A stretch of DNA of 64,000 bases from an uncultured Gammaproteobacteria bacterium. GTDB taxonomy: Bacteria; Patescibacteriota; Patescibacteriia; Patescibacteriales; UBA12465. Of this stretch, positions 10,217 through 23,113 are shown in pieces. Position numbers and translations under genes: made by a program. The number at the start of each line of letters is the position of its first letter. The first letter of the stretch is position 1. Below the pieces are notes generated by a model. That model saw only the letters and a list, made by a program, of their open reading frames with translations. It searched no databases and was not told the origin of the DNA. The DNA lies in the NCBI GenBank assembly GCA_964473565.1, contig CAYYPI010000002.1, positions 3,095 to 67,094 of the forward strand. Direction: 5' to 3'.

Positions 10217-11143
10217 TTATTGATTATTGTCTAAAGTCCATTTATAGGTAGCTTGAATTCCCTCCTCTAAACTTACCCTAGCTTGCCAATTTAAAACTTC
10301 TTTAGCTAAAGAGCTATCCAGAAAACTTCTTTGCTGCTCCCCTTTAGGTGCTGGATTTTTCTCAACTACACACTTTTTTTTACTATAATCTTCAATATAC
10401 TTAATAATATCTTTTACTTTACTTTCTACATTAGACCCAATGTTAATCTCTCCATTATAATCAACTGTCATTGCTTTAATTAGCGCTCTAACAACATCAT
10501 CAACATAAACAAAATCCCTAGTTTGACTACCATCACCATTTAAGGTCATTGGCGAGTTTTGTGCTATTTGACTACAAAATATTGCCACCACACCTGCTTC
10601 ACCCCCCTTATATTGTCTAGGACCATATACATTAGCAAAACGTAAGGTTGTATATTTTTGTTTAAATACTTGGTAATAATACTTTAAATAATTTTCAAAA
10701 CAAAGCTTATCAATTCCATATGGAGACAGTGGTGTAGCTGGATACTCCTCCGGTGTTGGAATAATATCTGCTTCACCGTAGACAGCTCCTCCGGTAGATG
10801 AAAAAATAATCTTTTTCACCTTATACTTATATGCATTTTTTAAAACATTTAAACCGCCTAAAATATTAACATTAACATCAAAGTCAGGATTTTCCACTGC
10901 TTTTCTTACATCTATTTGTGCTGCTAAATGATAAACATATTCAGGTTTTTCTTTTTCAAAAACATCATTTAAATTATCTTTAACTATATCTAAATGATAA
11001 AATTTGGCTTGACTAGGAATGTAATCCTCTTTACCAGAAAAAAGGTTATCTATAATAATAACTTCATAACCTTTTTCTATTAATTTATCAGCTAAGCTAG
11101 AGCCTATAAAGCCCGCTCCACCTGTAATAAGTACTTTAGTCAT
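10217..11143 (-). CDS. NAD-dependent sugar-nucleotide epimerase/dehydratase (GalE-like SDR)
   Basis: GGAGFIGS Rossmann motif and a YGxxK catalytic motif (SPYGIDK). Confidence 0.85.
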   Translation of the reverse strand: MTKVLITGGAGFIGSSLADKLIEKGYEVIIIDNLFSGKEDYIPSQAKFYHLDIVKDNLNDVFEKEKPEYVYHLAAQIDVRKAVENPDFDVNVNILGGLNVLKNAYKYKVKKIIFSSTGGAVYGEADIIPTPEEYPATPLSPYGIDKLCFENYLKYYYQVFKQKYTTLRFANVYGPRQYKGGEAGVVAIFCSQIAQNSPMTLNGDGSQTRDFVYVDDVVRALIKAMTVDYNGEINIGSNVESKVKDIIKYIEDYSKKKCVVEKNPAPKGEQQRSFLDSSLAKEVLNWQARVSLEEGIQATYKWTLDNNQ

Positions 11144-11248
11144 GTTAATAATATAACATTAAATTAAAATAAAAAAAAGAGCTTATTTAGAGATTGCCAA
11201 AGCCTATTTTGTGTGTTAAAATATTAATACAAAATTGAAATACATTAA

Positions 11249-13300
<2,052 letters not shown>

Positions 13301-13302
13301 AT

Positions 13303-13737
13303 ATGTATTTAATATTAATCACTCCAATTATAGCTGCTGGTTTAGCTCAGCTAATTAAACAATTTACTGTCAAAAAACACCGTTTCAAGTTTAAGAATTT
13401 CTTTGCTTACTCTGGTATGCCTTCAGGTCACAGTAGTGTGGTTGTATCTCTAGCTACTATAATCGCCTTACAAGAAGGTCTAGACTCACCTGTATTTGCC
13501 ATGAGTACAGTTCTAGCTATACTCATTATCACTGATGCAATTGGTCTTAGAAGTTATTTAGGCAATCATGGTAAGATACTTAATGTTTTAGTTAAAGATT
13601 TGGATGAGGATGAATTTCTTGATAAAAAGTATCCTATACTAGTAGAAAAAATTGGTCACACTCCACTGCAAGTTCTGGCTGGTTCTGTTTTAGGTTTTGC
13701 TGTAAGTTTAGTAGCTTGGTTTATCTTTAGTGTATAA
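13303..13737 (+). CDS. DUF212 / acid-phosphatase-vanadium-haloperoxidase-related membrane protein
   Basis: YSGMPSGHSS motif and four hydrophobic segments. Only 2 nt after gyrB. Confidence 0.65.
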   Translation: MYLILITPIIAAGLAQLIKQFTVKKHRFKFKNFFAYSGMPSGHSSVVVSLATIIALQEGLDSPVFAMSTVLAILIITDAIGLRSYLGNHGKILNVLVKDLDEDEFLDKKYPILVEKIGHTPLQVLAGSVLGFAVSLVAWFIFSV

Positions 13738-13754
13738 ATAAAAAAGCAATAGAC

Positions 13755-13792
13755 ATAAAAAAATAGCAAGTTATTTACTTGCTATTTTTTTA
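13755..13792. terminator. bidirectional terminator between the convergent 13303 gene and eno
   Basis: AATAGCAAGT / ACTTGCTATT stem flanked by an A-run and a T-run. Confidence 0.7.
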
Positions 13793-13820
13793 TCTATATC
13801 TTTCTTAATTTACTTCATCA

Positions 13821-15080
13821 TTATGAGTTTAATTCTTTCTCAATCTCCATTAATCTATTATATTTCACTAACCTTTCACCCCTAGATAAAGAACCAGCTT
13901 TAATATGCTCTGCCCCTGTAGCTACAGCTAAGTCAGCAATAAAATCATCAGTAGTTTCTCCAGAGCGATGAGAAGCCATAATTTCATAATCATGTTTTTG
14001 AGCTAATTTAATACAACTAATAGTTTCACTAAGAGTACCTACTTGATTAGGTTTAATTAGGATCGTATTAGCAGACTTTTTTTCTAAGCCCTTTCTAAGT
14101 CTTTTTTCATTGGTAACAAATAAATCATCTCCAACCAGCATTACTTCTGAACCAATCTGTTTATTTAATTCACTCCATCCTTCAAAATCATCTTGATCTA
14201 AAGGATCCTCAATAGAGACAAAAGGATACTTCTTTAACCATTCATAGTATAAGCCTGACAAGGTATCTTTAGTAAAGCTAGCATTATCAAGAGGAAAGAT
14301 ATATTTCTTTGTTTTTTTATCATACAACTCAGAAGAACCAACATCAGTTCCTAAACCAATATCAACTCCTGGTTCATAGCCTGCTTCTATTGTGGCCGCC
14401 AGGATTAATTCTAAAGCTTGAATACTAGAGTCAATATCAGGAGCATAACCACCTTCATTACCGATATCAGTATCATAATTAGCAGACTTTAAAACTTTTC
14501 CTAAAGTATGAAATATTTCAGCCCCTATACGTAATTTTTCTGCAAAAGTATTTTCTTTCAAAGGAACTATCATGAATTCCTGAAAATCTAAATTAGTGTC
14601 AGCATGAAGTCCTCCATTAAAAATATTAAAATAAGGTCTTGGTAATTTATATTTATGTTTAAATTTATAAGTTTTATATATGTATTGATATAAGCTCTGC
14701 TTCTTACTAAGAGCTGCTGCTCTAGCTACAGCTAAAGAAACTGATAAAATAGCATTTGCCCCCAACTTACTCTTATTATCTGTACCATCAAGTTTAATCA
14801 TTATTTTGTCAATTTCTTCTTGCTTGGTAACTAAGGTCCCTTTTAGTTTTTTACTTATAATTTCATTAACATTTTTAACAGCTTTTAAAACTCCTTTACC
14901 CTCATATCTGTCCTTATCATTATCTCTTAACTCATGTGCTTCATGTTCACCCGTAGAAGCTCCTGAAGGGACTGAAGCTTTCGCACTGAGACCTGAGCTT
15001 AAAGTTACCTTGGTTTCAACAGTGGGGTATCCGCGTGAATCAAGTATTTCTCTGGCTAAAATTGATTTTATTTTACTCAT
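13821..15080 (-). CDS. eno: enolase
   Basis: ILDSRGYPTVE, SHRSGETTDDFIADLAV and IKPNQVGTLSET. Confidence 0.95.
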   Translation of the reverse strand: MSKIKSILAREILDSRGYPTVETKVTLSSGLSAKASVPSGASTGEHEAHELRDNDKDRYEGKGVLKAVKNVNEIISKKLKGTLVTKQEEIDKIMIKLDGTDNKSKLGANAILSVSLAVARAAALSKKQSLYQYIYKTYKFKHKYKLPRPYFNIFNGGLHADTNLDFQEFMIVPLKENTFAEKLRIGAEIFHTLGKVLKSANYDTDIGNEGGYAPDIDSSIQALELILAATIEAGYEPGVDIGLGTDVGSSELYDKKTKKYIFPLDNASFTKDTLSGLYYEWLKKYPFVSIEDPLDQDDFEGWSELNKQIGSEVMLVGDDLFVTNEKRLRKGLEKKSANTILIKPNQVGTLSETISCIKLAQKHDYEIMASHRSGETTDDFIADLAVATGAEHIKAGSLSRGERLVKYNRLMEIEKELNS

Positions 15081-15090
15081 ATTATTTAAA

Positions 15091-16266
15091 TTATTTTATT
15101 AACCCTTTTAATCCTGGCATGTTTTCATGTGCTAAAAAAGAAAGCATTGCTCCCCCGCCAGTTGATATCCAATTAATGTAGTCCTTGTAGTTTAAAGCGT
15201 TAAGAGCTTCAACCGTTTCCCCGCCACCAACTATACAAACTGCTTCCTGCTTTGATTGCAATGATAGACTACGAGCAATAGAGATAGTGCCTTGCTTAAA
15301 ACTCTTATTTTCAAACATACCTAGTGGTCCATTCCAAATTAATGTTTGCGCTTTTTTAATCTCAGTACTGAACTTTAAAATAGTATCTGGACCTATATCA
15401 TATATTTTGTCAGTCTTTTTTAAATCTTTTAAATTTTTAACTATAATCTCTTTTTTTATATTTTCTACTAGAAAATCACTTGGTAACAAAATCTTGTCTT
15501 TAAGTTTTTTTTGTTTAATAAATTTCTTTGACCAAGCTAAGCTATCTTTATCTACTAATGACTTCCCTACTTCATTACCTTTAGCTAAATGAAGTGTATT
15601 AGCTAAAGCACCACCAATTAATATTTTATCCGCACTTTTACTTAAACTTTCCAGTAGTTTAATCTTAGTACTAATTTTAGCTCCACCCATAACTGCTAAA
15701 AAGGGCTTTTTAGGTTTAATTACTAAAGAAAGATTATTAATCTCTTTTTCTAATAAAAGACCACCATAACTAGGAAGCTGTTTTTTTATTTTATCTACTG
15801 AAGCTTGAGCTCTATGACTTACCGCAAAAGCATCATTGACATAAATATCAGCCAACTCAGCTAAAGACTTAGAAAAATCAAGACTATTTTCTTTTTCACC
15901 AGGATTAAAACGTAAGTTTTCTAAAAGCATTACCTCTTTATTCTTTAAAGCTTTAGCTTTCTTTAGAACCATTTTACCAACTACCTGTTTGCTAAACTTT
16001 ATATTAAAACCTAAAAGATCTTCAAGCGCTTTTGCTACTGGCTCCAAACTATATTTATCATCTTTCTTGCCTTTAGGTCTGCCTAAATGGCTAATAATAA
16101 TTACTTTAGCTTCTTTTTCTAATAAATAATTAATGGTTGGAAGAGCCATTTTTAATTTATAATCTTCTGTTACTTTTTTTCTTCTAATAGGGACATTTAA
16201 ATCTAACCTTAAAAGTATTGTTTTGCCTTTTAAACTTTTTATTTGTTTAATGGTTTTTATTTTCAT
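15091..16266 (-). CDS. pgk: phosphoglycerate kinase
   Basis: RLDLNVP, SHLGRPKG and GGGAMLSFL motifs. Confidence 0.95.
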   Translation of the reverse strand: MKIKTIKQIKSLKGKTILLRLDLNVPIRRKKVTEDYKLKMALPTINYLLEKEAKVIIISHLGRPKGKKDDKYSLEPVAKALEDLLGFNIKFSKQVVGKMVLKKAKALKNKEVMLLENLRFNPGEKENSLDFSKSLAELADIYVNDAFAVSHRAQASVDKIKKQLPSYGGLLLEKEINNLSLVIKPKKPFLAVMGGAKISTKIKLLESLSKSADKILIGGALANTLHLAKGNEVGKSLVDKDSLAWSKKFIKQKKLKDKILLPSDFLVENIKKEIIVKNLKDLKKTDKIYDIGPDTILKFSTEIKKAQTLIWNGPLGMFENKSFKQGTISIARSLSLQSKQEAVCIVGGGETVEALNALNYKDYINWISTGGGAMLSFLAHENMPGLKGLIK

Positions 16267-16267
16267 A

Positions 16268-17434
16268 TTATAATTCTACTTTAATTATTTGTAATGAATT
16301 GTCCCTTAAGACAGTTAAATCAACCACTTCTCCACTTTTAAACTGAAACAAAGCTTCTGACAAGCTAAGATTTTTATCTAAATTTAAACTATTGATAGCT
16401 AATATTACATCTCCTTTTTTAAGGCCAGCTTTATCAGCATTAGAATCTTTTAGCACAGCTACGCCATTATCATCAGGATACACTAACGCGCCCACTTGTT
16501 TTTCAAAACCCATTTGAGCTGTTTGAGAGAGGCTGATGTAATTAACGCCCAAGCTAGGCAAAGCAAGTTCTTCTTGTTGAGGTTCGAGCAAGGCGTTAGT
16601 TATTAGAAATTCTGAACTAGACAAAGGTGTCCAAGTGCCATCCTCTAGAAAGGCTACTGCCTGGCCCTTAAAGTTAAAGAGCCAAGGTAACTCCATTATT
16701 TCTTGCATTTGTGGATATATTTCTATACTAGAGACAAAAGTATCACTATTTTGAACTAGCTTATTATTTTCTTCTAAACTTAAAAAATTACTAATTATCT
16801 GTTTTTGTGAGTTTAAAACTAAAAGTGATTGTCCAGAAATTAAATCTTGACTAGACATAATACTAATAGGTCTAAGATTTGAGGCTTCTTTTAAATGTAT
16901 TAAAGCTAAAGAGCTATTTTCAATATTAATCTGTTGATCAATTTCATAAATAACTCTATCTGAATTAATAGCTACAAAATTATCAGCTAGACTAACATCT
17001 GAATCTAAACTATTTTTATTAATTATTGCCCAGCCATCAGCACTAATAATCAAGCCTATAGTTTCGGGATTATTTAATTGATAAAAATTGTTTAAATTAG
17101 CTAAGCCATCTTCATTTCCTTCTTGATCAGATTCCAAATCAGTATTTATTGTATCTATTTTTTTTGTAAATATAGTTAACATGCTTTCTCTGATTTGATC
17201 AGCACTCTCCTTTACTTGCACATCTTGATTAACTACCACCTTCTTAGCATCTCGTATAACTAAATTAGATCTATTATAATCATTTAAATTAAGCTCACTA
17301 GTAAAAGCACCTGGATATATATCATTTAAGACATAAGCTCGAACAAATAGCATACCTAAAATACCACCTAAAATAGATATGATGATAACGAATACAATGA
17401 TAAGTAAGTTAATTTTTATAGTTTTATTTTTCAT
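16268..17434 (-). CDS. membrane-anchored PDZ-domain protein (no protease triad seen)
   Basis: N-terminal TM and a C-terminal PDZ-like GLKKGDVILAINS. No GxSGG serine motif. Confidence 0.55.
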   Translation of the reverse strand: MKNKTIKINLLIIVFVIIISILGGILGMLFVRAYVLNDIYPGAFTSELNLNDYNRSNLVIRDAKKVVVNQDVQVKESADQIRESMLTIFTKKIDTINTDLESDQEGNEDGLANLNNFYQLNNPETIGLIISADGWAIINKNSLDSDVSLADNFVAINSDRVIYEIDQQINIENSSLALIHLKEASNLRPISIMSSQDLISGQSLLVLNSQKQIISNFLSLEENNKLVQNSDTFVSSIEIYPQMQEIMELPWLFNFKGQAVAFLEDGTWTPLSSSEFLITNALLEPQQEELALPSLGVNYISLSQTAQMGFEKQVGALVYPDDNGVAVLKDSNADKAGLKKGDVILAINSLNLDKNLSLSEALFQFKSGEVVDLTVLRDNSLQIIKVEL

Positions 17435-17438
17435 ATTT

Positions 17439-18197
17439 TTATATCCAACGGGAACTTAAGAAGATTAATAATAAGAAAATGATACTCAAAGCTAAATGAG
17501 TTTTCACTTGAATTTTAGTTAATTTATGACTTAAATGTAATAAAGTTAATCCTGTGCTAGCATAAAAAATTATAGCAATCACCAATCCTATAATGCTATA
17601 AATATGAGGTAAAAAGGTGCTAATTAAAACTATTTCTGTGATTGTAAGTGTAAGCATTATACTAAAAATTATATTATTTTTAAACTTTACCTGATATAGC
17701 CATAACATTTGAAATATAACAAAAAATAAGACAGCTGCTATAGGTAAAATCATTTGCCACAAGTTTAAATCAATAAAATTTTTCAAACCTAAAACACCAG
17801 AAACACTATAAAAAATAACTACGAAGGAAATTAGAAAATTAATATTCTCTAAACTTTGGTGTTTATATTTTAAAGGTTTAAAAAGATAAATATAAAGATT
17901 GCGCAGATAAATAAATAAAGCAACTAAGAAAAAGAAATATAATAATTGAATCAAAAAGCTATTAGTTAGTATACTGCTATACAAAATACTTGAATTAAGA
18001 AACAAAAATGGCAATATTAAGCTATGAAGACGGTGTCCAGCATTTTTTATATTTTTAACGAAAAAATATAAACTAAAAATAACTAGATTGCAAAATATAA
18101 GTACATAATAAAACCAAGAGGGCTCAATAGTTAAAGCCTGCAAGCCTAAAAATGCTAAAATCGGTACTAAAATTGTCATTAATCTTGGTGTTTTCAT
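17439..18197 (-). CDS. polytopic membrane protein, unknown function
   Basis: 252 aa with about 8 hydrophobic helices. Confidence 0.5.
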   Translation of the reverse strand: MKTPRLMTILVPILAFLGLQALTIEPSWFYYVLIFCNLVIFSLYFFVKNIKNAGHRLHSLILPFLFLNSSILYSSILTNSFLIQLLYFFFLVALFIYLRNLYIYLFKPLKYKHQSLENINFLISFVVIFYSVSGVLGLKNFIDLNLWQMILPIAAVLFFVIFQMLWLYQVKFKNNIIFSIMLTLTITEIVLISTFLPHIYSIIGLVIAIIFYASTGLTLLHLSHKLTKIQVKTHLALSIIFLLLIFLSSRWI

Positions 18198-18222
18198 CTA
18201 ATCTCTTTTATTAATTACACTA

Positions 18223-20430
18223 TTAGTTTTCATCTGGGTTAATTACATTAAAATCAGAACCCTCATAATCTAAATTAATATCTTTAATTAAATCTAAATT
18301 ATCAATATTATTTACTAAAATAGTATTGTCTGAGACAGTGTAGAGCTCATCCTCAATATACAAACTTCTTTTTACTTGATTATTATAATAATCTCTCCAA
18401 TTATCAGCTTCTTTTACATGATTAATTCTACCCCTTAAATTAAACTCTTTGTTCTCTGTATCAAACACCAATACTCCATTAAAAGAACTTTCCCAATTAT
18501 TATTTTCACTAGAATTTAAACGAACTGGTAAGACTAAAAGATCTCTTTCTCTAGAAAAAAGTAATGCCTTATGATCATTTAAAACCTCACTATAAGAACC
18601 AGAATCCCCGGCTATAAAAGTATCAATTTCTTTTGGTTCTACAGGGTTTGTAACATCAAAGAAAGATAATTTTAATCCCTTAGTTCTAACATTATCATTA
18701 TCATCAATATAAGTATCCTTACCAAATCCAATTAAAGTATTTTCATCATAGGGATGAAGATAGTTAGAAAAACCAGGAATTTTCAGTTCACCTAAAACCT
18801 TTGGATTTCTAGCATTACTAGCATCGATTACAAATAAAGGATCAACCTCTTTAAAAGTTACTAAATATATCTTATCTCCCATAAATCTAGCAGAATATAT
18901 TCTTTCACCTTCTGCTAATTTTTCAAGACCACTAAGCCTTTCTAGGTTCTCATCTAAAATATATACATTATTTTCTGATTCTGAGTTCATATCATCAAAG
19001 CGTCTTTGCCAATTATTATTTTTTGTAGTGGCTATTCTAAAATTATCTTTATACTCATCTAGAGAAAATTGATTAAGCACGCTACCAGGAACTTGTCCTT
19101 GAGCATCAGGCTCTAAATCATCATCACTTAAATTGATTTTGTGAACAATTGTTGATTCAATTTTATCTTCAAGTTCTAAAAATTTATCCCTTAAAGCAGA
19201 CTCCAAATTTTCCTCCCACTTTTCTTTTTCGTTCTCAGTTTGTTTATTTAAATACTCCTCTAAGATCATTCTAATTTTAGATTGTTTTTCCTCTAAACTT
19301 AGAACATGTCCTGGAGCTTCTTCAATGTCAAGTATTTTTTGTTTGTCTTCTTCATCTAAATAAGGATAGACTAATTCACGCATTACTTCAAACTCAATTT
19401 CATAAGCATTTACATGGCTTGTATATGTTAAATAAAGATTATTGTGAGACATGTAAACTTCTTGACTACCATCTACTAAAAAAGTAGAGGTCTTAATATC
19501 TGAGTCTAAATCACTTAAGTTAATCTTATAAACATTAGTGTAGCTATATGAATTATAAGGTCTAGGGTAATAATAAATATTAGGTACTAAACAATCATCT
19601 TCATCACATTCAAAACTTCTTAAATTACCATCTTCAAATACAGTAGGTAGCAGCTGGTCATCAGCTAAATTATAACTATACTTATTAGAAATTAAATATA
19701 AACTATCATTTAAAAGTCTGGAATCACTATAATTACCTTCAAACTCCCATTCTTTTTCTAAGTTTGGATTACTTATGTCAGCAATATCAAAAATCTTCAC
19801 AAACATAAAAGAGCTTCTAGGTAATATATCATAGGCAATTCTTTTATTACTTGTATCTAAGTTATAATTATGTCCAAAAACAATTAATCTATCTCCATTT
19901 AAATATAAATTAGAAGGTCTGTTTTCAAAGGCTATTACTGACTCTATTTGTGCTTCCTCACCTGGGTAAGCAGATAATAAAAATAACTCATCATCACTAA
20001 GAGTATAAATATTGTTACCATCAGTTTTAACTATATCAGCTTCATCAATACCCTTCACTTGCACATTAGTCTCTGAATAATCTAAATCTTCCGGAGCTGA
20101 AGCAGAAAGATTCGATGACTCTTTTTGTAGGGTTGGGGCACTACTGTCCATCATCATCTCTTGAACAACTTCACCATTTCTGCCTCTAAAATAATTATTT
20201 GCTTGATTATTTATATTTTCATCTAGAAAAGTTCTTAACTCATCAATAGAAGCAAATTTCTGCATTTTTTCTTGATTATCTATTTTTTCCTCTAGACTAG
20301 CTTGATTATTATCTAGATTAGGATTATAGCTATTGGGGTTATTATCTTCTTTTTCATTAAAAGAGCAAGCGCTTAAAAATAAAGCTAAGCCAATAACTAC
20401 AAATAAGGAAATAAATTTAAATTTGTTCAT
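18223..20430 (-). CDS. lipoprotein with C-terminal beta-propeller domain (COG4880/PF09826-like)
   Basis: Lipobox LFLSAC. The overall pattern (DYSETNVQVKGIDEADIVKTDG..., FMGDKIYLVTFKEVDPLFVID) is typical of the secreted beta-propeller family. Confidence 0.6.
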   Translation of the reverse strand: MNKFKFISLFVVIGLALFLSACSFNEKEDNNPNSYNPNLDNNQASLEEKIDNQEKMQKFASIDELRTFLDENINNQANNYFRGRNGEVVQEMMMDSSAPTLQKESSNLSASAPEDLDYSETNVQVKGIDEADIVKTDGNNIYTLSDDELFLLSAYPGEEAQIESVIAFENRPSNLYLNGDRLIVFGHNYNLDTSNKRIAYDILPRSSFMFVKIFDIADISNPNLEKEWEFEGNYSDSRLLNDSLYLISNKYSYNLADDQLLPTVFEDGNLRSFECDEDDCLVPNIYYYPRPYNSYSYTNVYKINLSDLDSDIKTSTFLVDGSQEVYMSHNNLYLTYTSHVNAYEIEFEVMRELVYPYLDEEDKQKILDIEEAPGHVLSLEEKQSKIRMILEEYLNKQTENEKEKWEENLESALRDKFLELEDKIESTIVHKINLSDDDLEPDAQGQVPGSVLNQFSLDEYKDNFRIATTKNNNWQRRFDDMNSESENNVYILDENLERLSGLEKLAEGERIYSARFMGDKIYLVTFKEVDPLFVIDASNARNPKVLGELKIPGFSNYLHPYDENTLIGFGKDTYIDDNDNVRTKGLKLSFFDVTNPVEPKEIDTFIAGDSGSYSEVLNDHKALLFSRERDLLVLPVRLNSSENNNWESSFNGVLVFDTENKEFNLRGRINHVKEADNWRDYYNNQVKRSLYIEDELYTVSDNTILVNNIDNLDLIKDINLDYEGSDFNVINPDEN

Positions 20431-20435
20431 ATAAT

Positions 20436-20873
20436 TTATAAATCAATAATGATGGTCTTAGGACCGATGTTAATTAAATTAATTTGCATTTGTTTTTGAA
20501 ACATACCAGTTTTAACTTCCAAACCTAAGGTTTGTAAGTTTTTGATGACCTCTAAATAAAATGCTTTTGCTTTCTCAGCTTTAGCTGAATTAATAAAACT
20601 AGGACGATTACCAGAGCTAGTATCAGCGTATAGAGTAAACTGAGAAACTAATAATATCTCACCCTTTACATCCTCTACAGACAAATTCATCTTATTATCT
20701 TCGTCTTCAAATATTCTTAATTTAGAAATCTTCTTCGCAATCTTTTGGCATTTTTCAAGCTCATCATCATTTTTAACTGCCAGAAAGACCAAAAGTCCCT
20801 TATCAATACTAGCAATCTCTTCACTATCTACCTTAACTTGAGCCTGACTAACTTGTTGTATGACAGCTCTCAT
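20436..20873 (-). CDS. dtd: D-aminoacyl-tRNA deacylase
   Basis: MRAVIQQVS..., SQFTLYADTSSGNRPSF. Confidence 0.9.
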   Translation of the reverse strand: MRAVIQQVSQAQVKVDSEEIASIDKGLLVFLAVKNDDELEKCQKIAKKISKLRIFEDEDNKMNLSVEDVKGEILLVSQFTLYADTSSGNRPSFINSAKAEKAKAFYLEVIKNLQTLGLEVKTGMFQKQMQINLINIGPKTIIIDL

Positions 20874-20876
20874 AGT

Positions 20877-21203
20877 TTAAGAAAAATTCTTAGCATCAAT
20901 TTCTTGCCAATTATCCTCATTATCATCCCAGCTATAAGCAATCAATTGTTGAGTTCTTTCACTGTCACTATAAACATACTCCACTGCTGTTTCTGAGCCA
21001 ATACGCTTAGAAAAAGTGGTCTTTTTATCAAGTATTACCGGCTTACTCACAAACTCTAATCTAAATTTTCCTTGACTGGATCTAAAAACAATATATTCAA
21101 TATCAATACCACCCTCATCTTCAATATGTTCTTTACCTGAATCTTCAACTTGAAAATTATCTTTAATATTGGCAATAATATCTTTCCATCTATCTATATT
21201 CAT
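20877..21203 (-). CDS. hypothetical acidic protein
   Basis: 108-aa ORF, 3 nt upstream of dtd. No motif recognised. Confidence 0.45.
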   Translation of the reverse strand: MNIDRWKDIIANIKDNFQVEDSGKEHIEDEGGIDIEYIVFRSSQGKFRLEFVSKPVILDKKTTFSKRIGSETAVEYVYSDSERTQQLIAYSWDDNEDNWQEIDAKNFS

Positions 21204-21300
21204 ATTTATTTTAGCTTAATTATTAACTAATATCTATATTTATTATAACATCTTAGACTAAAAAAATAAATCTTTTCTTGCTAATATTTATACGTATTAA

Positions 21301-22368
21301 CTATAAATTAGTATCGTTTCTTTTCTTTTTTTCCCACCAAGAAAAAAACACTACTAAAGATATCATAATACAAAAAAGAATAACTAACATATAAAACTTA
21401 CCTTGACTCTGTAGAAAGAGACCAGAAACACCAAAAGCTATAGCAAAGAAATAAAACACTAAAACTGCCTTTCTCTGCCCCCATCCTAAAGATAAAAAAC
21501 GATGATGCAGATGTTTATTATCAGCAGCTTTCATAGGATTCTTGCCTTTATATAACCTTCTTAAAATAGTCCAAGCTAAATCTAATATTGGTAAAGCTAA
21601 AACTAAAAGAGTGATAGCTATTTTACCTCCTGATATTATAGCTAAAATACCTAATAAAAAACCTAGAAGAAGAGATCCGCCCTCACCTAAAAATATCTTA
21701 GCAGGGTGCCAATTTAAAAGTAGAAAACCAGCGCTAGCAGCAGCTAATATTAAAGCAGCCAAACCAATGTCTGGTTGATAGTATTTAGTAGTGATAGTGA
21801 ATAGGAAAATAACTAAGGAACCAATAAGAGTAAGGCCTGAAACTAGGCCGTCTAAGCCATCTAGTAATTTAGTTGTATAAGTTATAGCTAAAAGCCAAAG
21901 AAATAGAAATATTTCTGACAAACTAATACTAGCTAATACTTGTATTTGTTTTAAGAATATAGAATCTCCTGTAGGTGTGCTTATTTTAGTTATTTCTACA
22001 CCTCCAGCTATAACTAAAATTACCGCTACTATTGGCCAAATAATTTGTTGCCAAGACTTAAGGTTATACTTGTCGTCTAAAAAACCACCAATCATAAGAA
22101 CTAGTGATCCAAAAAATACTCCTAGCCAATGATTAATATTTAATTCTCCTGATAATAAGTGTTCTTTAAATATAAAAGACACAAAAAAGAAGCTAATAAA
22201 TATAGCTATTCCTCCTAAAAGTGGTATTTTCCTTTTATGAATTTTTCTTCCTGGTGCTGGGTGATCAACAATTTTAAAATACAAAGCTAGTCTTCTGATA
22301 AGCTCTGTACTAAAAACGGTTAACACAAAAGTGAAAGAAAAAATTGTAATATATTGCCACCAAAGCAT
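21301..22368 (-). CDS. polyprenyl-phosphate N-acetylhexosamine-1-phosphate transferase (GT4, MraY/WecA family)
   Basis: About 10 TM helices with DDKYNL and LDGLDGL motifs. Confidence 0.8.
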   Translation of the reverse strand: MLWWQYITIFSFTFVLTVFSTELIRRLALYFKIVDHPAPGRKIHKRKIPLLGGIAIFISFFFVSFIFKEHLLSGELNINHWLGVFFGSLVLMIGGFLDDKYNLKSWQQIIWPIVAVILVIAGGVEITKISTPTGDSIFLKQIQVLASISLSEIFLFLWLLAITYTTKLLDGLDGLVSGLTLIGSLVIFLFTITTKYYQPDIGLAALILAAASAGFLLLNWHPAKIFLGEGGSLLLGFLLGILAIISGGKIAITLLVLALPILDLAWTILRRLYKGKNPMKAADNKHLHHRFLSLGWGQRKAVLVFYFFAIAFGVSGLFLQSQGKFYMLVILFCIMISLVVFFSWWEKKKRNDTNL

Positions 22369-22509
22369 AAGTTATTGATTATATGTGTATCTTAACTAAT
22401 ATTTGAAAAATATGCCAGAGATTGCTTAATTATATTAAAAAACCATAGGAATATGGTTTTAAAAAATACTCATTATACTTTAATGATTATAAATAGCACT
22501 CATTATTAA

Positions 22510-23019
22510 CTAGCATTGTCTTCTTTTCATCTCAATAGTTGGAATATATTTATCTTTTATTATTTCTTTTTTTTCCTCCGAACTATCAATAACATGAAAA
22601 TCAAATTTCTTGTAGAAATTTATTGCTTTTTTATTATAACTAGCTACCTCCAAGCACACTTCTTCAGAATTTTTTAAAAATTCTAATGCTTCTTTTAGTA
22701 ATACTTTACCAAAACCTTGACCTTGATATTGAGGTAAAACGTAGGTTGCACCAACCTGGCTCTTTTCTTTGTCTTTAGAGACTGTAGAAAAACCAACAAT
22801 CTTATTATCTAGTTCCAGGACCCAACCACAAGCATCTTTTCCATATAACTCTATTTTCTTTTTAAGTTTATTAATAATTTTTTCTTCATCAGCAAACTTT
22901 TCAAGAATATCATTGTATTTAATTCCATGTTTTTCATTTGGATAAACATCTAACCAGGTTGTTTTTTGAACATCAAAAACACCTTTAGCGTCATTGATTG
23001 TTATTAATCTGACTTTCAT
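22510..23019 (-). CDS. GNAT N-acetyltransferase
   Basis: QGQGFGKVLL acetyl-CoA-binding motif. Confidence 0.8.
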   Translation of the reverse strand: MKVRLITINDAKGVFDVQKTTWLDVYPNEKHGIKYNDILEKFADEEKIINKLKKKIELYGKDACGWVLELDNKIVGFSTVSKDKEKSQVGATYVLPQYQGQGFGKVLLKEALEFLKNSEEVCLEVASYNKKAINFYKKFDFHVIDSSEEKKEIIKDKYIPTIEMKRRQC

Positions 23020-23113
23020 ATTCTTTTAAACCTAAAATATTACAAATTATTTGTCTAAAACTTATCTCTGTTATTATGCAATATAACTAGAAATTTATTT
23101 TTATTAAAATAAT

